Origin: Takakia lepidozioides
Taxonomy: Eukaryota > Plantae > Bryophyta
Direction of reading: 5' to 3'
Assembly: GCA_030704615.1 (NCBI GenBank)
Contig: CM060731.1
Span: forward strand, 46,562,001 to 46,626,000
DNA: 64,000 bases
Shown here: piece after piece, positions 1-11,720 of the stretch
How the letters are laid out: each line of letters begins with the position of its first letter
How positions within the stretch are numbered: the first letter of the stretch is position 1
Program-made: the position numbers and the translations under genes
Notes under the pieces: generated by a model
Databases searched by the model: none
What the model saw: only the letters and a program-made list of their open reading frames with translations
What the model was told of the DNA's origin: nothing

Positions 1-1727
1 CCTCATTGTCTTATGGATCATTATGGAAAAAACTTTTCTTGAACATTGATCAAACTTTTCTAAGAACTTAACCGAGTGAAATGCAATAGGCCATTCTAAA
101 AGGGGACTGAGACAATACAAAATAGACTTGAGGAAATAGTGAAGGGATTTAAACACCTCTTTTCTTTCTTAGCCATCTTGACCAACTTTTTTGCATTTTA
201 ACAATTCATTTTGCGCATGTTGGCGGTCGCATTTGTGGTGTGAAAAAAAGGGGCCTCAGTAAATGACCACTTCTCACCCATTGTCATCTTCCTCCTGTAA
301 CTCTGCATAGGCTTCTCTTTGTGCTTGAGATAGATGTCATGTTCAAAACTCCAACAAAGCTTGTTTCTTGGTCTTTTGTTGCTCCACAGAAATTGTCATC
401 TTCATCATTCTCATATCTCTCCGCCTCTTCAACCCATTCCATATCAAAAGTATCCTTGTGCACTAGATTATACAACAAGATACTAAAAGTGCAAGATGCC
501 TAAGCGGTATGTCTATCCGTTTCATCAAAATCCGCCACCGTCCTTTTAGTATGCCAAATGCACTTTCTACACTCATTCTGGTGTAGCAGACTGGAGAAAG
601 TTCCAATTAGCTTCTTCATTTGATAGTCCACCTATTCTTCCTTTGAACGAAGTATATATCTAAGATCTGTCTGGATAAGCACAATCACCAATGAATTTGA
701 AAGACAAATATTCTCCTCTCATGCTTTTCCTCCCAATCTCTGTGCATTGGAACAAAGTCCAATCGTGTAACGAGCCTGCCCAACCAAATTCATAGTCCCA
801 AAAAATGCAGTTTGCATCCACTACACCTTATAACAAACAAGAATAGAATCTTTTTCGATTGTAGTAATCACCAGGACTGTTACAAGGAGCCATGATAGGT
901 ATATGGCTCCCATCTATCGCCCCAATAATATTAGGGATTGTGGAGTGCTTCAAATTGATCTGCCATGTTTTTCAATCTAGCAATACTGGGATGTCTCGTA
1001 TACAGAGGTTTTAGGTATGTATTTACCGCTCTACAAAACTCTCGCACTACTATCGCTACTGTACTCTTTGCCATACCATAAACCTCTCCCACCATCTCCA
1101 ATGAATTTCCAGTGGCAATTCTTGAAAGAGCGACAGCCACTCTGGTTTCCACAGGAATTGCCTTGTGCATTGGTGTATCTTGCTTTTGCATAACAGATGC
1201 CACTTTCCCACATATGTAGTGGAATGTCTCAATGCTCACTCTGCATCGCTTCCTGAACATTTTCTCTGTATAGCTTCCGAGCAGCAGCCTATCAGTGAAG
1301 CCTTCTAATCTGTTGTGCATCTAGAGAGACCGATGTCGAGGCATCCACTGAACACCTCCATAGCTAATCAATTCCAGAAGACATACGACAGTGCTCATAG
1401 TATCAAAATATTGTTGCAGAGCTATTGATTGAGTCCTTAAAACATGTTTAATGATGAGCTGTAGCGCCATGATAGTGCTCATTGCAACCAAGAGTTTGCG
1501 TCTGTCATCCATAGCTGCGAGAGTATAGAAGAGACACGGGAGAGAGACAACCTCAAGCAAAACCGTGGAGCCGGCGAAAATAGAGAATCGTTGGCTAAAG
1601 CGTTTTAGCCTGTCGACACTTAACACACGTTGCGTTTCAGCCTATCATGTCATCCCAACGAGCACCTGAGATGAGCGGCCAAAACGATTTTGGCCGCTCA
1701 TATCATGGCTTGTGTCTAAACCCGGCC
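1..1727 (-). mobile_element. PIF/Harbinger DNA transposon relic (left end outside window)
   Basis: Contains a HARBI1-like transposase pseudogene. The right terminus ...GTGTCTAAACCCGGCC ends at 1727 and is followed by TTA (GGCC terminus plus TTA/TAA target, typical of Harbinger). A perfect subterminal inverted repeat lies at 1671-1701. Confidence 0.8.
284..1512 (-). pseudogene. Harbinger (HARBI1/DDE_Tnp_4-like) transposase pseudogene
   Basis: ORFs 1321-1626, 931-1320 and 284-478, plus frames read by hand: FRKRCRVSIETFHYIC, IPVETRVAVALSRIATGNSLEMVGEVYG, IIGAIDGSHIPI, YYNRKRFYS, WAGSLHD, IGDCAYP, ESAFGILKGRWRIL. Broken by stops and frameshifts. Confidence 0.9.
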
Positions 1728-1764
1728 TTAGCCTCACTCATTGTACTGCCCCCTAACAACCAGC

Positions 1765-1940
1765 ATGGAGCCCAGTGGTAATGGGCACATACCACGTTGG
1801 ATGTGGTTGTGGGTTCAAACCACGGTCTGGTGTGTCATGAAGGTGTCCACTTTTCAGCTGGAAGGCAGTAGCCCTTTGTGGTGAAGTGACACCATAAGTT
1901 ACGCTCCCTTCGGGAGACGACATTTTATTTTTATTTTTTT
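1765..1940 (+). mobile_element. Probable tRNA-derived SINE
   Basis: A-box-like TGGAGCCCAGTGG and B-box GGTTCAAACC about 35 bp apart, then an unrelated body and a T-rich tail. No intact cloverleaf. Confidence 0.4.
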
Positions 1941-2719
1941 TACTGGCCCCCCCAACATATTTATTTTTTGTATTTTCTTAAGAAGAAGGGACTGTAGCCC
2001 AAAGAAAATAATAATAAATTAGGTTCCCAAATCCCAAATCCTGGCAGGGATAGTTCCTAAAGGTTGAAAAAAAGGAGAGCATTGGAGCAGCCAATGGGGA
2101 GGGGGGGGCATGGACATTGGAATGGGTGAAATATGAGTCCACATATAGAGGAGAGCACAGAAGTAGGAGGTGCGCCCGCCTTCTCCTTCTACTTCTAGAG
2201 CTTTGTAAGAACAAGGAAAAGATAACCTTGTGAATAAGCATCATGAAGTCGAACAAAGGGGACAGTGACTGACCCGTGACCGTCCACTAGCATTGAGAGA
2301 AACAATGGGAAGGAATGTGCAGAGAGATTAACAAGAAACGAAGCTAAGGGAAAAAGGTTGCGCGTCAGAAGCTAATCAATAAAGTTATCGGGAAAGTGAG
2401 CCTTAGTTTGGAACCTAGTTTAGAGTTGGACCAGAGTACTGGTATCATATTATACTAGAAATCAATTGGCTGGTCTGGTATAAATATTAGATTATAGGTT
2501 TGCTTGGTATGTTACGCAATATTGTTTTTTTGTGATACCAGCCCAATATATGCTGGGGTATGGTATTTCACCTTTATTCCAGTGATGACAAAGTCAAAAC
2601 TGATTTTAGCAGAGACGAGAATAGGTTCTCTTTCTTTTGTTCGTCGTACGTTTTGTTTTGTTCCGTTTCGTTAATGCGAGCAAATGATGGTGAAAGCGCA
2701 CTCAGAGAATCATCTCTTC

Positions 2720-4449
2720 AGAGGGTAGCTGCCATTTGAGCAGTTCACGTGAGCACGCTCACGCTTTAAGTGGTAAACGTGAGCAGAATCCCCTAAGCGT
2801 GAGCAGATTGCAAGCGTGAGCAGATTAGTGAATGGGAGCCTACAACCGAGGGAAAAAAATGGCCTATTGCCGTGGACAAAAACTACAATGCACGGATGCA
2901 ATCTCCACCCCATCCGACGGAAGAATCCTTGTTGGGGTGACGACCATATGGTACGAATGTGCGATGAAAAGCTGTCGGATGAATGGTTTTGAGATGAATG
3001 AAAAAATGAATGGATGAATGTTGAATGACTTTTGGATGAAAAATGAGCGACACGAATGAACCATGGTGCGTGTGCAGGTGCTCGGGATTAAGGTGTCGTC
3101 AACGACATCTTAATTCCCAGTACGAATTGGCACATGATAGCTTACGGAAAAACCAAATTTTTTTTTCCCAAAAACATTAACCAAAAAAATTTCAACCCAA
3201 AAAACTTTCAAGGCGAATAAGCCTTGGCGGGAAGGCGGTGTGTGCAAGTGGTGGGGATTAAGGTGTCGTCAACAACATCTTTAATTCCCAGCAAGTTTTC
3301 AAAAAAATTAAAAATTAAAATAAAAGTCTTTTTGTTTTTCCCCGAATGTGCCAGATTAAGGTGTCGTCAACGCCATCTTCATTCCCAGCAAGTTTTCCAA
3401 GAAAAACAAAAACAAAACAAAAAAACCGTTTTTTTTTTTTTTTTTTTTTTTTTTTTCCGCCCGAATGTGCCAGATTAAGGTGTCGTCAACGACATCTTAA
3501 TTCCCAGCACGAGTTGGCACATGACAATTCATGGAAAAACCAAAAACCCCAAAAACAATCACCCAACCCAAAAAAATTTGATGGCGAACAAGCCTTGGTG
3601 GTAAGGCGGTGTGTGTGCAGGTGCTGGGGATTAAGGTGTCGTCAACGACATCTTAATTCCCAGTACGAGTTGGCACATGACAATTCATGGAAAAACCAAA
3701 AACCCCAAAACAATTCACCCAAAAACTTTCAACCCACAAAAATCTGATGGCGAACAAGCCTTGGCGGTAAGGCGGTGTGTGCAGGTGTTGGGGATTAAGG
3801 TGTCGTCAACGACATCTTAATTCCCAGTACGAGTTGGCATATTACAATTCATGGAAAAATCAAAAACCCCCAAAAAATTCGCCCAAAAAAATCTGATGGT
3901 GAACAAGCCTTGGCAGTAAGGCGATGTGTGTGCAGGTGCTGGGGATTAAGGTGTCGTCAACGACATCTTAATTCCCAGTACATGTTGTGAAATGTTTATT
4001 TATAAAACACGAGTTCACCTCTCTGCCTTCTTTAGATTTGGGTGTGAGCATTTCTCTCAACCTTGGATACCTGGAAAAATGACAAGTAACCCCTCCTCAA
4101 TCCACAAAGCAATGTGGATTCATTGGTTAATATACACTGCACTTTCACAATTGATTTGCAAGCAAGACTAGCATGGTTTAAAGGATTTTGGAGCTCGGGG
4201 GATTTCGGAGCTACTACTACAAAACAACTTTGTATTATTTTATTTATTTCATTCATCCATGTCTCATTCATCATACAAACATTCATCCGCCATTCATCCC
4301 AGCAGCATCCATAACCGAGCTTGTAATACTGGCCACTATGCGCAGTAATAGGTCTTCTAAGCCGAGTAGGCGCCAGCGGTTATAGGTGGGTTATAGCGGT
4401 TATAGATTGCTGCTCACGGATTTTTCTGCTCACAAAATAGCATCCCCCA
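2720..4449. mobile_element. Nested non-autonomous DNA transposon(s), unclassified
   Basis: Outer layer: CGTGAGCA(G) repeats at about 2748-2825 and inverted CTGCTCAC copies at about 4410-4433. Inner layer 2861-4354: degenerate TIR GGCCTATTGCCG / CAGTAATAGGTC, GGATGAAT repeats at 2977-3060 and inverted ATTCATCC repeats at 4248-4310. Confidence 0.55.
3084..3978 (+). repeat. Tandem array with 7 copies of a ~37-bp palindrome (GGGATTAAGGTGTCGTCAACGACATCTTAATTCCCAG)
   Basis: Copies start at about 3084, 3254, 3354, 3473, 3627, 3791 and 3942. They are separated by two types of mutually homologous A/T-tract spacers, giving unit lengths of about 100-170 bp. Confidence 0.95.
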
Positions 4450-5020
4450 CCTTCAATTGCACGAGATTCCCCCTCTATCGGACTTCTAGTGTTCTGGATC
4501 ACGATAATTTCCGAGAAGAATTGTACTGCCTAAAGCATCTACCAGTGACGAAATTGGGTTCTGAAGATCTTGCACCAGGAATCATTGGAATGAGGTTTCC
4601 AAGAAAGATCTGGAGTGTTTGGTATGTTTATTTCCACCTTTCTCGTTTGTAATATGGATTTAGGGAAAATGAGAACATAGGCAGTTTAAAGTTGGTAAGT
4701 GGGGAGGAGGGACGTTGAACGGCGTAGAGAATCAGGCATTGATCGATCTTTCTCAATGCTTTTCATGTAGGGCGATGGGGTTTCAAATCTAGGATCAGAC
4801 CCACTTGTCTGTTATGTAGCAGAGTCAGGGCAAGGGTATGAGTTTTGGTACATCCACCATCACCACTGTCTTTAATGGAGGAAAAAAAGAAACATCAAAA
4901 GGGGAGAGGGCTAAACGAAATGTACTGGTCTCATGGAGTGGGATGTGCTAAAAGACATTACGTGGCACCCGTGGTTAAGGACAGTGGTTCGAACCACTCA
5001 CGTCCGGGTCCACCTGTTAG

Positions 5021-5158
5021 TTGACATGTCACAGCGGTAAATTAACCATTGTGACATGTCAATGACGTGTCACTGAGGTAAACCAACCACTTATGACGTG
5101 TCACAATAGTAAACTGACGTGTCATAGTGGAAAAGTAACCATTTTCCGTTTTGCAGTG
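5021..5158. mobile_element. CACTA/CACTG-type transposon right terminus
   Basis: Five TGACRTGTCA subterminal motifs ending in TTTTCCGTTTTGCAGTG (reverse complement CACTGCAAAACGGAAAA). Confidence 0.45.
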
Positions 5159-5224
5159 GACACGGGTAAGCCGGTGGTCCGTGGATGATATTGGAGATTA
5201 TGTCGACACGTGGCGACACTCTCT

Positions 5225-5466
5225 GCTCAGCATGGGTGTGGGAGGGAGACCCTGCAACTATTTGAACAAATGCAACATGAAGGCTTGAAGTCAAACAGTA
5301 TCACCTTCATCTCTCTTCTGTCTGCCTGTAGCCATGTGGGCCTACTAGCTAAAGGCTGTCACTACTTTGATTCTATGAGTCATGATCATGACCTCACCCC
5401 TACAGTGGAGCATTTTGGCTGCATGATGGATCTTCTTGGCCGTGCAGGGCAAGTGGATGCGCACTA
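5225..5466 (+). pseudogene. PLS-class pentatricopeptide repeat (PPR) gene fragment
   Basis: AQHGCGRETLQLFEQMQHEGLKSNSITFISLLSACSHVGLLAKGCHYFDSM...PTVEHFGCMMDLLGRAGQ. Truncated on both sides. Confidence 0.85.
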
Positions 5467-5517
5467 GTGGTTTTGTAGAAAAGTCCGAGAACCAGATTTC
5501 AGGCATACGCATACACA

Positions 5518-5620
5518 CACTAGAAGAAAAACGCGGAATAACCACTCTGTTAATCACTCATTTTGAGTGGTAAAATACACTAAACCACTCTGGCCCCAGA
5601 GTGATGAAGAACCAGTGGAT
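5518..5620. mobile_element. CACTA transposon left terminus
   Basis: CACTAGAAGAAAAACG at 5518, followed by subterminal AACCACTC / GAGTGGT repeats in both orientations. The partner end was not found. Confidence 0.5.
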
Positions 5621-6654
5621 TATTTCGAGGTTGGGGTGGTAGGGGCAAGTTTATTTAATCAGATTACAGGTCCACTGATCCTGGTTGATTGATTTGCATG
5701 CCAGTATTGCAGATCACATTCCCCCGAACATAATCATAGCCAGGCAGACAAATTTAAGAAATGTCACTGGGCTGCTGCGCCATGTGGGACGCCTGCTCAT
5801 CAGAAAGAAGCAGGCATGCAACGACTCTTTCCCCAGTGCGTTTCCTGTATGAAGCGCCAGAGTGATGCACTTCGCCATTGCAAGCATGCTTTGGTGTTCC
5901 ACTTCTGACAAGGTTTTCCGGAGGTGGGCTCAATTCTGTAACTCTTCTGACCTTCTGTCAGTGGATTATATTGCAGGCAGTCCAACTCACATGAGAGTTT
6001 CAGAATATGGTTGTGTTGTGAGCGTTGAGGGTTGATAGAAAGATGATTTAGTGTATCAAATTAACATAGGATAGGCAGAAAGCAGAATAGTCTAAGCAAG
6101 CCATGCTAGTGATATCCCCATGTGACTGGTGGTTAGGGTTCCAAGTGTATTGAGGGGGCAAGTGTGGGTGGGATGGCAGGTTTCTGTATAGGAGCATTGC
6201 AGCTGGAGGAGCATAATATGGCCCAAAAATCATAAAGACTGCAGCCCCGCAATGACATGATACACTTTAAATCCATAGTAGATTGGTAGATCATGCAATG
6301 AGGTTGATTATTTCTCTTGCTGCCTTCACACGACTTAACGCCGGAATGTGGACCATTTGTACCTGAATGTGGATACTCCCCGGATTCTGATAGTATCTGA
6401 AGTTGTGCTTCAGAACTTCGAACTTTCCTCATCAGCAGAGCGTTATATTTCAGATCCAGAGCATCCTTCTACATGCAGACATGTTAATATCCAGAGTAAC
6501 CTTAAAGCAATATTTAATGTTTTGGACACAGTGAAGTCCAAGACCTACTTTCTTTTGGGTTGATTCAACCTTTTGAATAATGTGACTAAGCTGTTTGCAA
6601 ATAAACATTAAAGAGTTTACAATACATAAAAGTGACATCATTTATTTTATCCTA

Positions 6655-6965
6655 CATGCGAAATCTCCAAGTGGAGAATTTCACAATTTCTCCCAAAAAC
6701 CCAATGATGGAGAACCTCCCCAAATCTCTCGCCCAGTTCCAAAACCTCCAGGTGGAGATGTTCTGAATTTCTCCAAAATCTAGGGTGGAGAGTTTCTCTA
6801 CTTCAAATTCATGGATGGAGAACCTCCCACATCTCTCCACCTGGGGATTTTGAAGAATAATCCACATTCTCCACTTGGAGATGGAAGAATTTCAAATTCT
6901 CTCACTTAGTGTAAATCTCTTGGAGATTTATGTGGATTTCTGTTCACAATCTCTGGGTGGAGAAA
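6655..6965. repeat. Palindromic MITE-like element rich in GGAGA/TCTCC motifs
   Basis: ATCTCCAAGTGGAGAAT (6663-6679) is inverted at ATTCTCCACTTGGAGAT (6866-6882). Many internal GGAGA and TCTCC copies. Confidence 0.5.
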
Positions 6966-7129
6966 CTTCAAAACCTCCTTGTGACCCAACTTCAGGCATA
7001 AGCAGACAAATGAGACCCTTTGGATTGAGGGTTGATCCGACCTTCCTTGGCTCAAAGTAGCAGTAGTTGTCACAGTACAAGGTCAAGCACCGGCTGGTGA
7101 GGGAGTAAACAATAACTCTTTGTGCTCTT

Positions 7130-7625
7130 GTGAGGCTGTGAGGACACTATGTCAGGTTGGACTTCTAAAAGAAGCAGTGAATGCTTTGCACAGACAAGGC
7201 ATTTCAGCCGACGTCAATTATTATGTCTCTCTCTTGCGAGAGTGCATCAGAGTTGAGGACCTTGAAATAGGAAAGTAGGTGCATGCACACATCATCCAAA
7301 TGTCGAGGCCTAGTATTTGACAAAATGCCTGAACGAGATGTATTTACATGGACCATAATGATGACAGGATATACTCTGAGCACAGTTGTGGAAGGGAGGC
7401 TTTCGAGATGTATGAGCAAATGATACGAGAAGAGGTGACACCCAGCAATGTCACATTCATTTGTGTTCTCAATGTGTGTGCCAACCTATGAGCCTTTGAG
7501 AAGGACAAAGAGGTCCATGCCAACATCATCAAAGCTAGACTTACGCCATACATTAATTTGGAGAATACCCTTGTTAACATGTATGCAAAATGCGGGAGAT
7601 TGAAGGATGCACGTCAAGTGTCTAT
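7130..7625 (+). pseudogene. PLS-class PPR pseudogene fragment
   Basis: Hand translation: LCQVGLLKEAVNALHRQGISADVNYYVSLLREC, VFDKMPERDVFTWTIMMTGY, TPSNVTFICVLNVCANL, NTLVNMYAKCGRLKDARQV. Contains stops and frameshifts. Confidence 0.85.
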
Positions 7626-7790
7626 CATGAAGAGGCGACCTCAAACAGATTGTCAACTCAGGTGAAATGAGTTTTACGTGGTGGATGAGCACAATCCCCA
7701 CCATATTCTCCAAATTTTGGGGATAAACGTTCTTAAACCTACTGATCCAGCACAGCCCAACGGATCTTGTCCTGCAAAAAAAACAAAGAC

Positions 7791-8486
7791 GGGTAGTTGC
7801 AGCCTATGGTGGACCAAAATGAGACACACCATGAGTCCCTAAAAGTACATAAAGGGGGATGTGGCGAATCCTCAACCATTGGATTCGATTCAATTTACGA
7901 TCTCAACCGTCTATTATTGACCATTAAGGACTTTATTTTCAAATCGCGATAATTTCGGACCACGATAGTTTTTTTTTTTCAAATTTGACCTTGATCCACC
8001 CCGGGGGTCTACCCTTAGTCTATGTATTTAATGAGGTAGTGTTGATATTTCAAAGAATTCTATATGTAAAGGACTTTACAAAAATAGTTATTTTGAGGGC
8101 TCAAAATAGTACATAAAGTTTATTTTACTTAATATTTTTGAGTGGATGTTTTCATTCTAGATTCTTTATCCCTCATAGCACATTTGGGCAAGTCCCTTTT
8201 TCTAATTTTCTATGAATCATGCTTTAAAAAAAAGTCCATAACGGCCTTTTATATGGACTATAACAAATCCTTATGGACTTGTTCAAAAGTCCACAATTTC
8301 TAACCACTTGCTTTTTTGGTTATAAGACTTGGAATAGGGGAAATATATGTAGTTGAGGCTTCATAGCTTAGTCCCTTTTTACTATCAGCATTTTCATTTA
8401 GGAGTATGATAATTTTCAACTAATCAAGGTCCCAAAAAAACAGTGTTGTGACAACATTTTTGGTCCACCGTAGGCTGCAACTGCCC
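7791..8486. mobile_element. Non-autonomous TIR element (MITE) with 4-bp TSD, possibly Sola2-like
   Basis: 29-bp TIRs GGGTAGTTGCAGCCTATGGTGGACCAAAA (7791-7819) and TTTTGGTCCACCGTAGGCTGCAACTGCCC (8458-8486), with 2 mismatches. AGAC is duplicated at 7787-7790 and 8487-8490. AT-rich non-coding interior. Confidence 0.85.
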
Positions 8487-9099
8487 AGACATTAAACCGT
8501 CCATTCAACGCCGTGTCATACCTTGATGTGAAGAATGTCGTCATCAATGGAACCGACAATAAGCCTGAAGATTTGATCGTAGTGAAATGTCATGTTCGCT
8601 ACTGGCGAAATCACTCAAAGAAAATCCACAACATTGTTTTCCATCTTTTGACAGTCGGCAGTCCCACCAGTTCAACATCCGAAGAATGACACAAACACAT
8701 CGTATTTTAAAAACGACCAGTTTTAACTCTTTAGCATCAATAGTCTCTATAGACAAACATTTGATAAAACCCCTTGTGACATGATATTTTATATATTTGC
8801 ATAAAGTTTTTATTCCCTTCCCTTTCCTCTCCACCTTTTGTCTGTTCCAATCATTTTATGATGTATATTTCGAAAAAAATTGCTATATTCTTTCTTCATT
8901 AATAAAACTTAGTGAATTTATTTCCCTCGCCCCTTCTAATAGCAATTATATCGGCTCTGATATATGCTATGTCAAAATCATAAATCTTATAACTCTTCTG
9001 TTCTACCTCTCTCCTCCATTCAACCCTAGTTATTATAATTATTAAATACACTTAAATTTAAAACCTCTATGAACTTAGGTTGCAAAAAATTGCACATCG

Positions 9100-9318
9100 G
9101 CTCGTAGCTCAGCAGGTAACTGCACAATGTGTCGCCTTGGTGGTTCGGGGTTCAAACCCGCTGCCCTGCCTGTGTGTGGATTGTTCGTATCTAGCTGTGT
9201 CCTATGTGCCTCCATGGCCCAAAACTGAAATGGGGGTTATTTTTCCCCCTCCTCAAGGGCCTGAATTGTGGGCTGTTGCTTCCAAGTCTCCTTATGAAAA
9301 ATAACTAAATAAATAAAA
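9100..9318 (+). mobile_element. tRNA-derived SINE
   Basis: A box TAGCTCAGCAGG, B box GGTTCAAACCC and A-rich tail AAAAATAACTAAATAAATAAAA. Possible TSD ATCGGCTC/ATCGTCTC. Confidence 0.65.
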
Positions 9319-9753
9319 TCGTCTCTTGTCACATTCCCCATCACACACCATAAACCTAGACCCACCTAAGTTTGTCCACCTCCTCAACAATGGTAGGGGG
9401 TTGGTATCGCGAGCTCTTATGCCAGGATGGTCTGGTGTCACCTGGATTTTTTACAAACACATATTGGGGGCAACCAGGGTATTGAGGGGTGTTGCCCCAG
9501 CTCCTAGTAGGGTATTTGAGACCATTCCACATACCCTACTATATACCCGCCTTAACCTTATATACCAGTACATGAACACTGGTTTGTGACCCGAGTTTCT
9601 CATTTTGAGTAAATCCGCGAAGTTCAGAAAACTGGGCACGAAGTTAGAAAAGCGGGCACCAATCAAAAAATGGGGATGAAGGCAATGGGTGCTTCATCTG
9701 ACTTTTGAGTGTTAGGGTTTAGGGGCTGAGAGGCTCTGTGCCGATCAGGCAAC

Positions 9754-10920
9754 ATGGACTTCTCCTCATCATCCTCCTCACGTGATGATAGCTCATCTTC
9801 TTCAAGTGATGATGATCTGTTCAACGACATGGAGAGAGATGTTTCCATTTTTTTTCTAAGCTGCACTAGTTGCTTCTAGTTCGGTAGATTTGTTCAATTA
9901 TAACGAGATGGAGGAGGGCCGTGGGCAGTCTGTGAACCGAGAGGTTGGAGTCTAGGATGTGCTTGCCACGATGCGAGCCACAAGTCTACACTTTCCAAGC
10001 AGCTCACTAATTTCAGCGTAGAAGAGTTTGAGGAGCTGGCTGCATTGGTAGGGCCGACTATCATCTCAAATGCTCTATTGACAGGTGAAGAAAAAACTTT
10101 GCATTGACAGGTCATCATGCGAGCTGACCTCTCACCAACGATTACTAGACCTCAAGCATGACAATGCAACTCTATACGATCCATTTATGTGGAATTGGTC
10201 GAGAAGTTCGTTGTGCGGTCATGCCATGTTCATCTCTTCTTGCATAAACCACGCAATTGCAAACGAAATCCACTGGCCAACCCCAGAAGAGCAAGCTACG
10301 CTGGCCACTCATATACCTGACTTTGAAGGGTGTATCGGCATGATAGACGGTACTCTGGTCAAAATTCGACATCGCTGGCAGAATAAAAAACACAAAACAT
10401 GGTTTAACGGCTGTAAGAAGATCTATTCTATGAACAAGACCGTTGTGGTCGACCATCATGGACTGTTTATTACATAGATTTTGGGTACCCAGGGTCCTTT
10501 CACGACGTTACCATCTTGCGACATTATGATATTTACAGAGATTGGCGGCAGTACTTCATGCATGAAGATGAGTACTTCGAATATCTCCTAGGGGACCCGG
10601 ACTACATGGGGGAAGAAATGTTCATAATGCGAAAGATCAACAGGCGGGAATTATCTGTGGATGTCGATGAAGGAACAGTGAGCCTGGGCTACAACAAGAT
10701 GCATGTCGGCTACCGCGTGCGAGGTGAATGGGGGATAGGGGGCATGGAAAAAATATGGAGACGTTTGGTGAAGCACTTCGACTCCACCAAAAAGAAATAC
10801 ACTCGCATGTTTCAATATGCCGCTTTACTCAAAATAGAAGACTTGATTTTACATGTGAGGTCATAGGTGACCAGCTAGGTGACCTAGCAGACTTCGACTA
10901 GGACGGGGACTACTGGATAA
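9754..10920 (+). pseudogene. Harbinger DDE_Tnp_4-like transposase pseudogene
   Basis: IHWPTPEEQ...FEGCIGMIDGTLVKI...WFNGCKKIYSMN..VVVDHHGLFI, DFGYPGSFHD, EYLLGDPDYMG, YNKMHVGYRVRGEWGIGG. Frameshifted. Confidence 0.88.
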
Positions 10921-10925
10921 AACAC

Positions 10926-11720
10926 TAAAAATGAAAGATAGCTTTAATCTGCAGCTTAAAACTCATAGTCAATTATCATACCTAGGTCTTGGATATCCTT
11001 TAAGTTGTTGATTTTTACCTTGTTATGCTTCTCTTGGCTGATCTCTAACTTGACAGTTAAAAGGGCGTCACGTTTTTTAGAGAAGTCTGAAATTGTTGGG
11101 CCATGGCAACGATGTTGCGAGATTGCTGCTGGAGCATCTCAGACTTGCTCATTGGTTTTTCACCTCAGGACTTAGACCCCAAAGTTGCATTAGGAATTGC
11201 AGGACTATACACGGTGCCAAGACTAGGTACATGCGGTGGTGCATCCGATTCCCCCACACCAGTAGAAGCTGGTGATGAGATGGGGGACGGACTTCCTGAT
11301 TGTAACAAGTTGTTTCGCCTTTTGAGTACATTCCGAGTGGCATGGCCATGGGTGTTCTTTAACCTCACCAACACTTCGTCACTCTGTTACACCCCTTTGT
11401 CAGATTCCTCTTCATTTGATGTGCATGTTTTCAATTCCTTGAGCGCGTCCCGTAGACGGTCCTTTAGAGTCTCCTCAGCAAATTCAAAACTACGGTGGAC
11501 TTCTAGGTAGTGCACGTATACCACCTTCCACACCACAGATGGAATCAATTAGGTGACCTGCTTCCTGCCCTTACTGTACATAGAGAAATTGTGATTGTAG
11601 GCAGCAACTATGGTGCTCAAGTAGAAAGAGTCCACAATTGGCCGCTGCCCCTTGTCCATCCGTGGTGCCGGATTCTTCCTATTCACTGACAGTTTTTGGC
11701 TACAAGCAACACCGCAGTCT
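10926..11720 (-). pseudogene. Harbinger accessory (second, possibly Myb/SANT-like) ORF relic
   Basis: Convergent decayed frame read by hand: VWKVVYVHYLEVH...FAEETLKDRLRDALKELK, an S/P-rich linker and a coiled-coil-like end. Its position matches the two-ORF Harbinger layout. Confidence 0.45.

Noticed and set aside
2435-2590. hAT-like MITE remnants with TGGTAT/ATACCA motifs (also 9390-9585) and a mariner-like end near 13185
   Set aside because: Paired TIRs and TSDs could not be established.
3084-3978. CRISPR array
   Set aside because: The spacers are about 60-130 bp and homologous to each other, no cas genes are visible, and the context is a plant nuclear transposon.
9100-9170. tRNA gene (also 1765-1830, 57640-57690 and 58780-58846)
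   Set aside because: A and/or B boxes are present but no complete cloverleaf can be folded. Unrelated bodies and A/T tails indicate SINEs.
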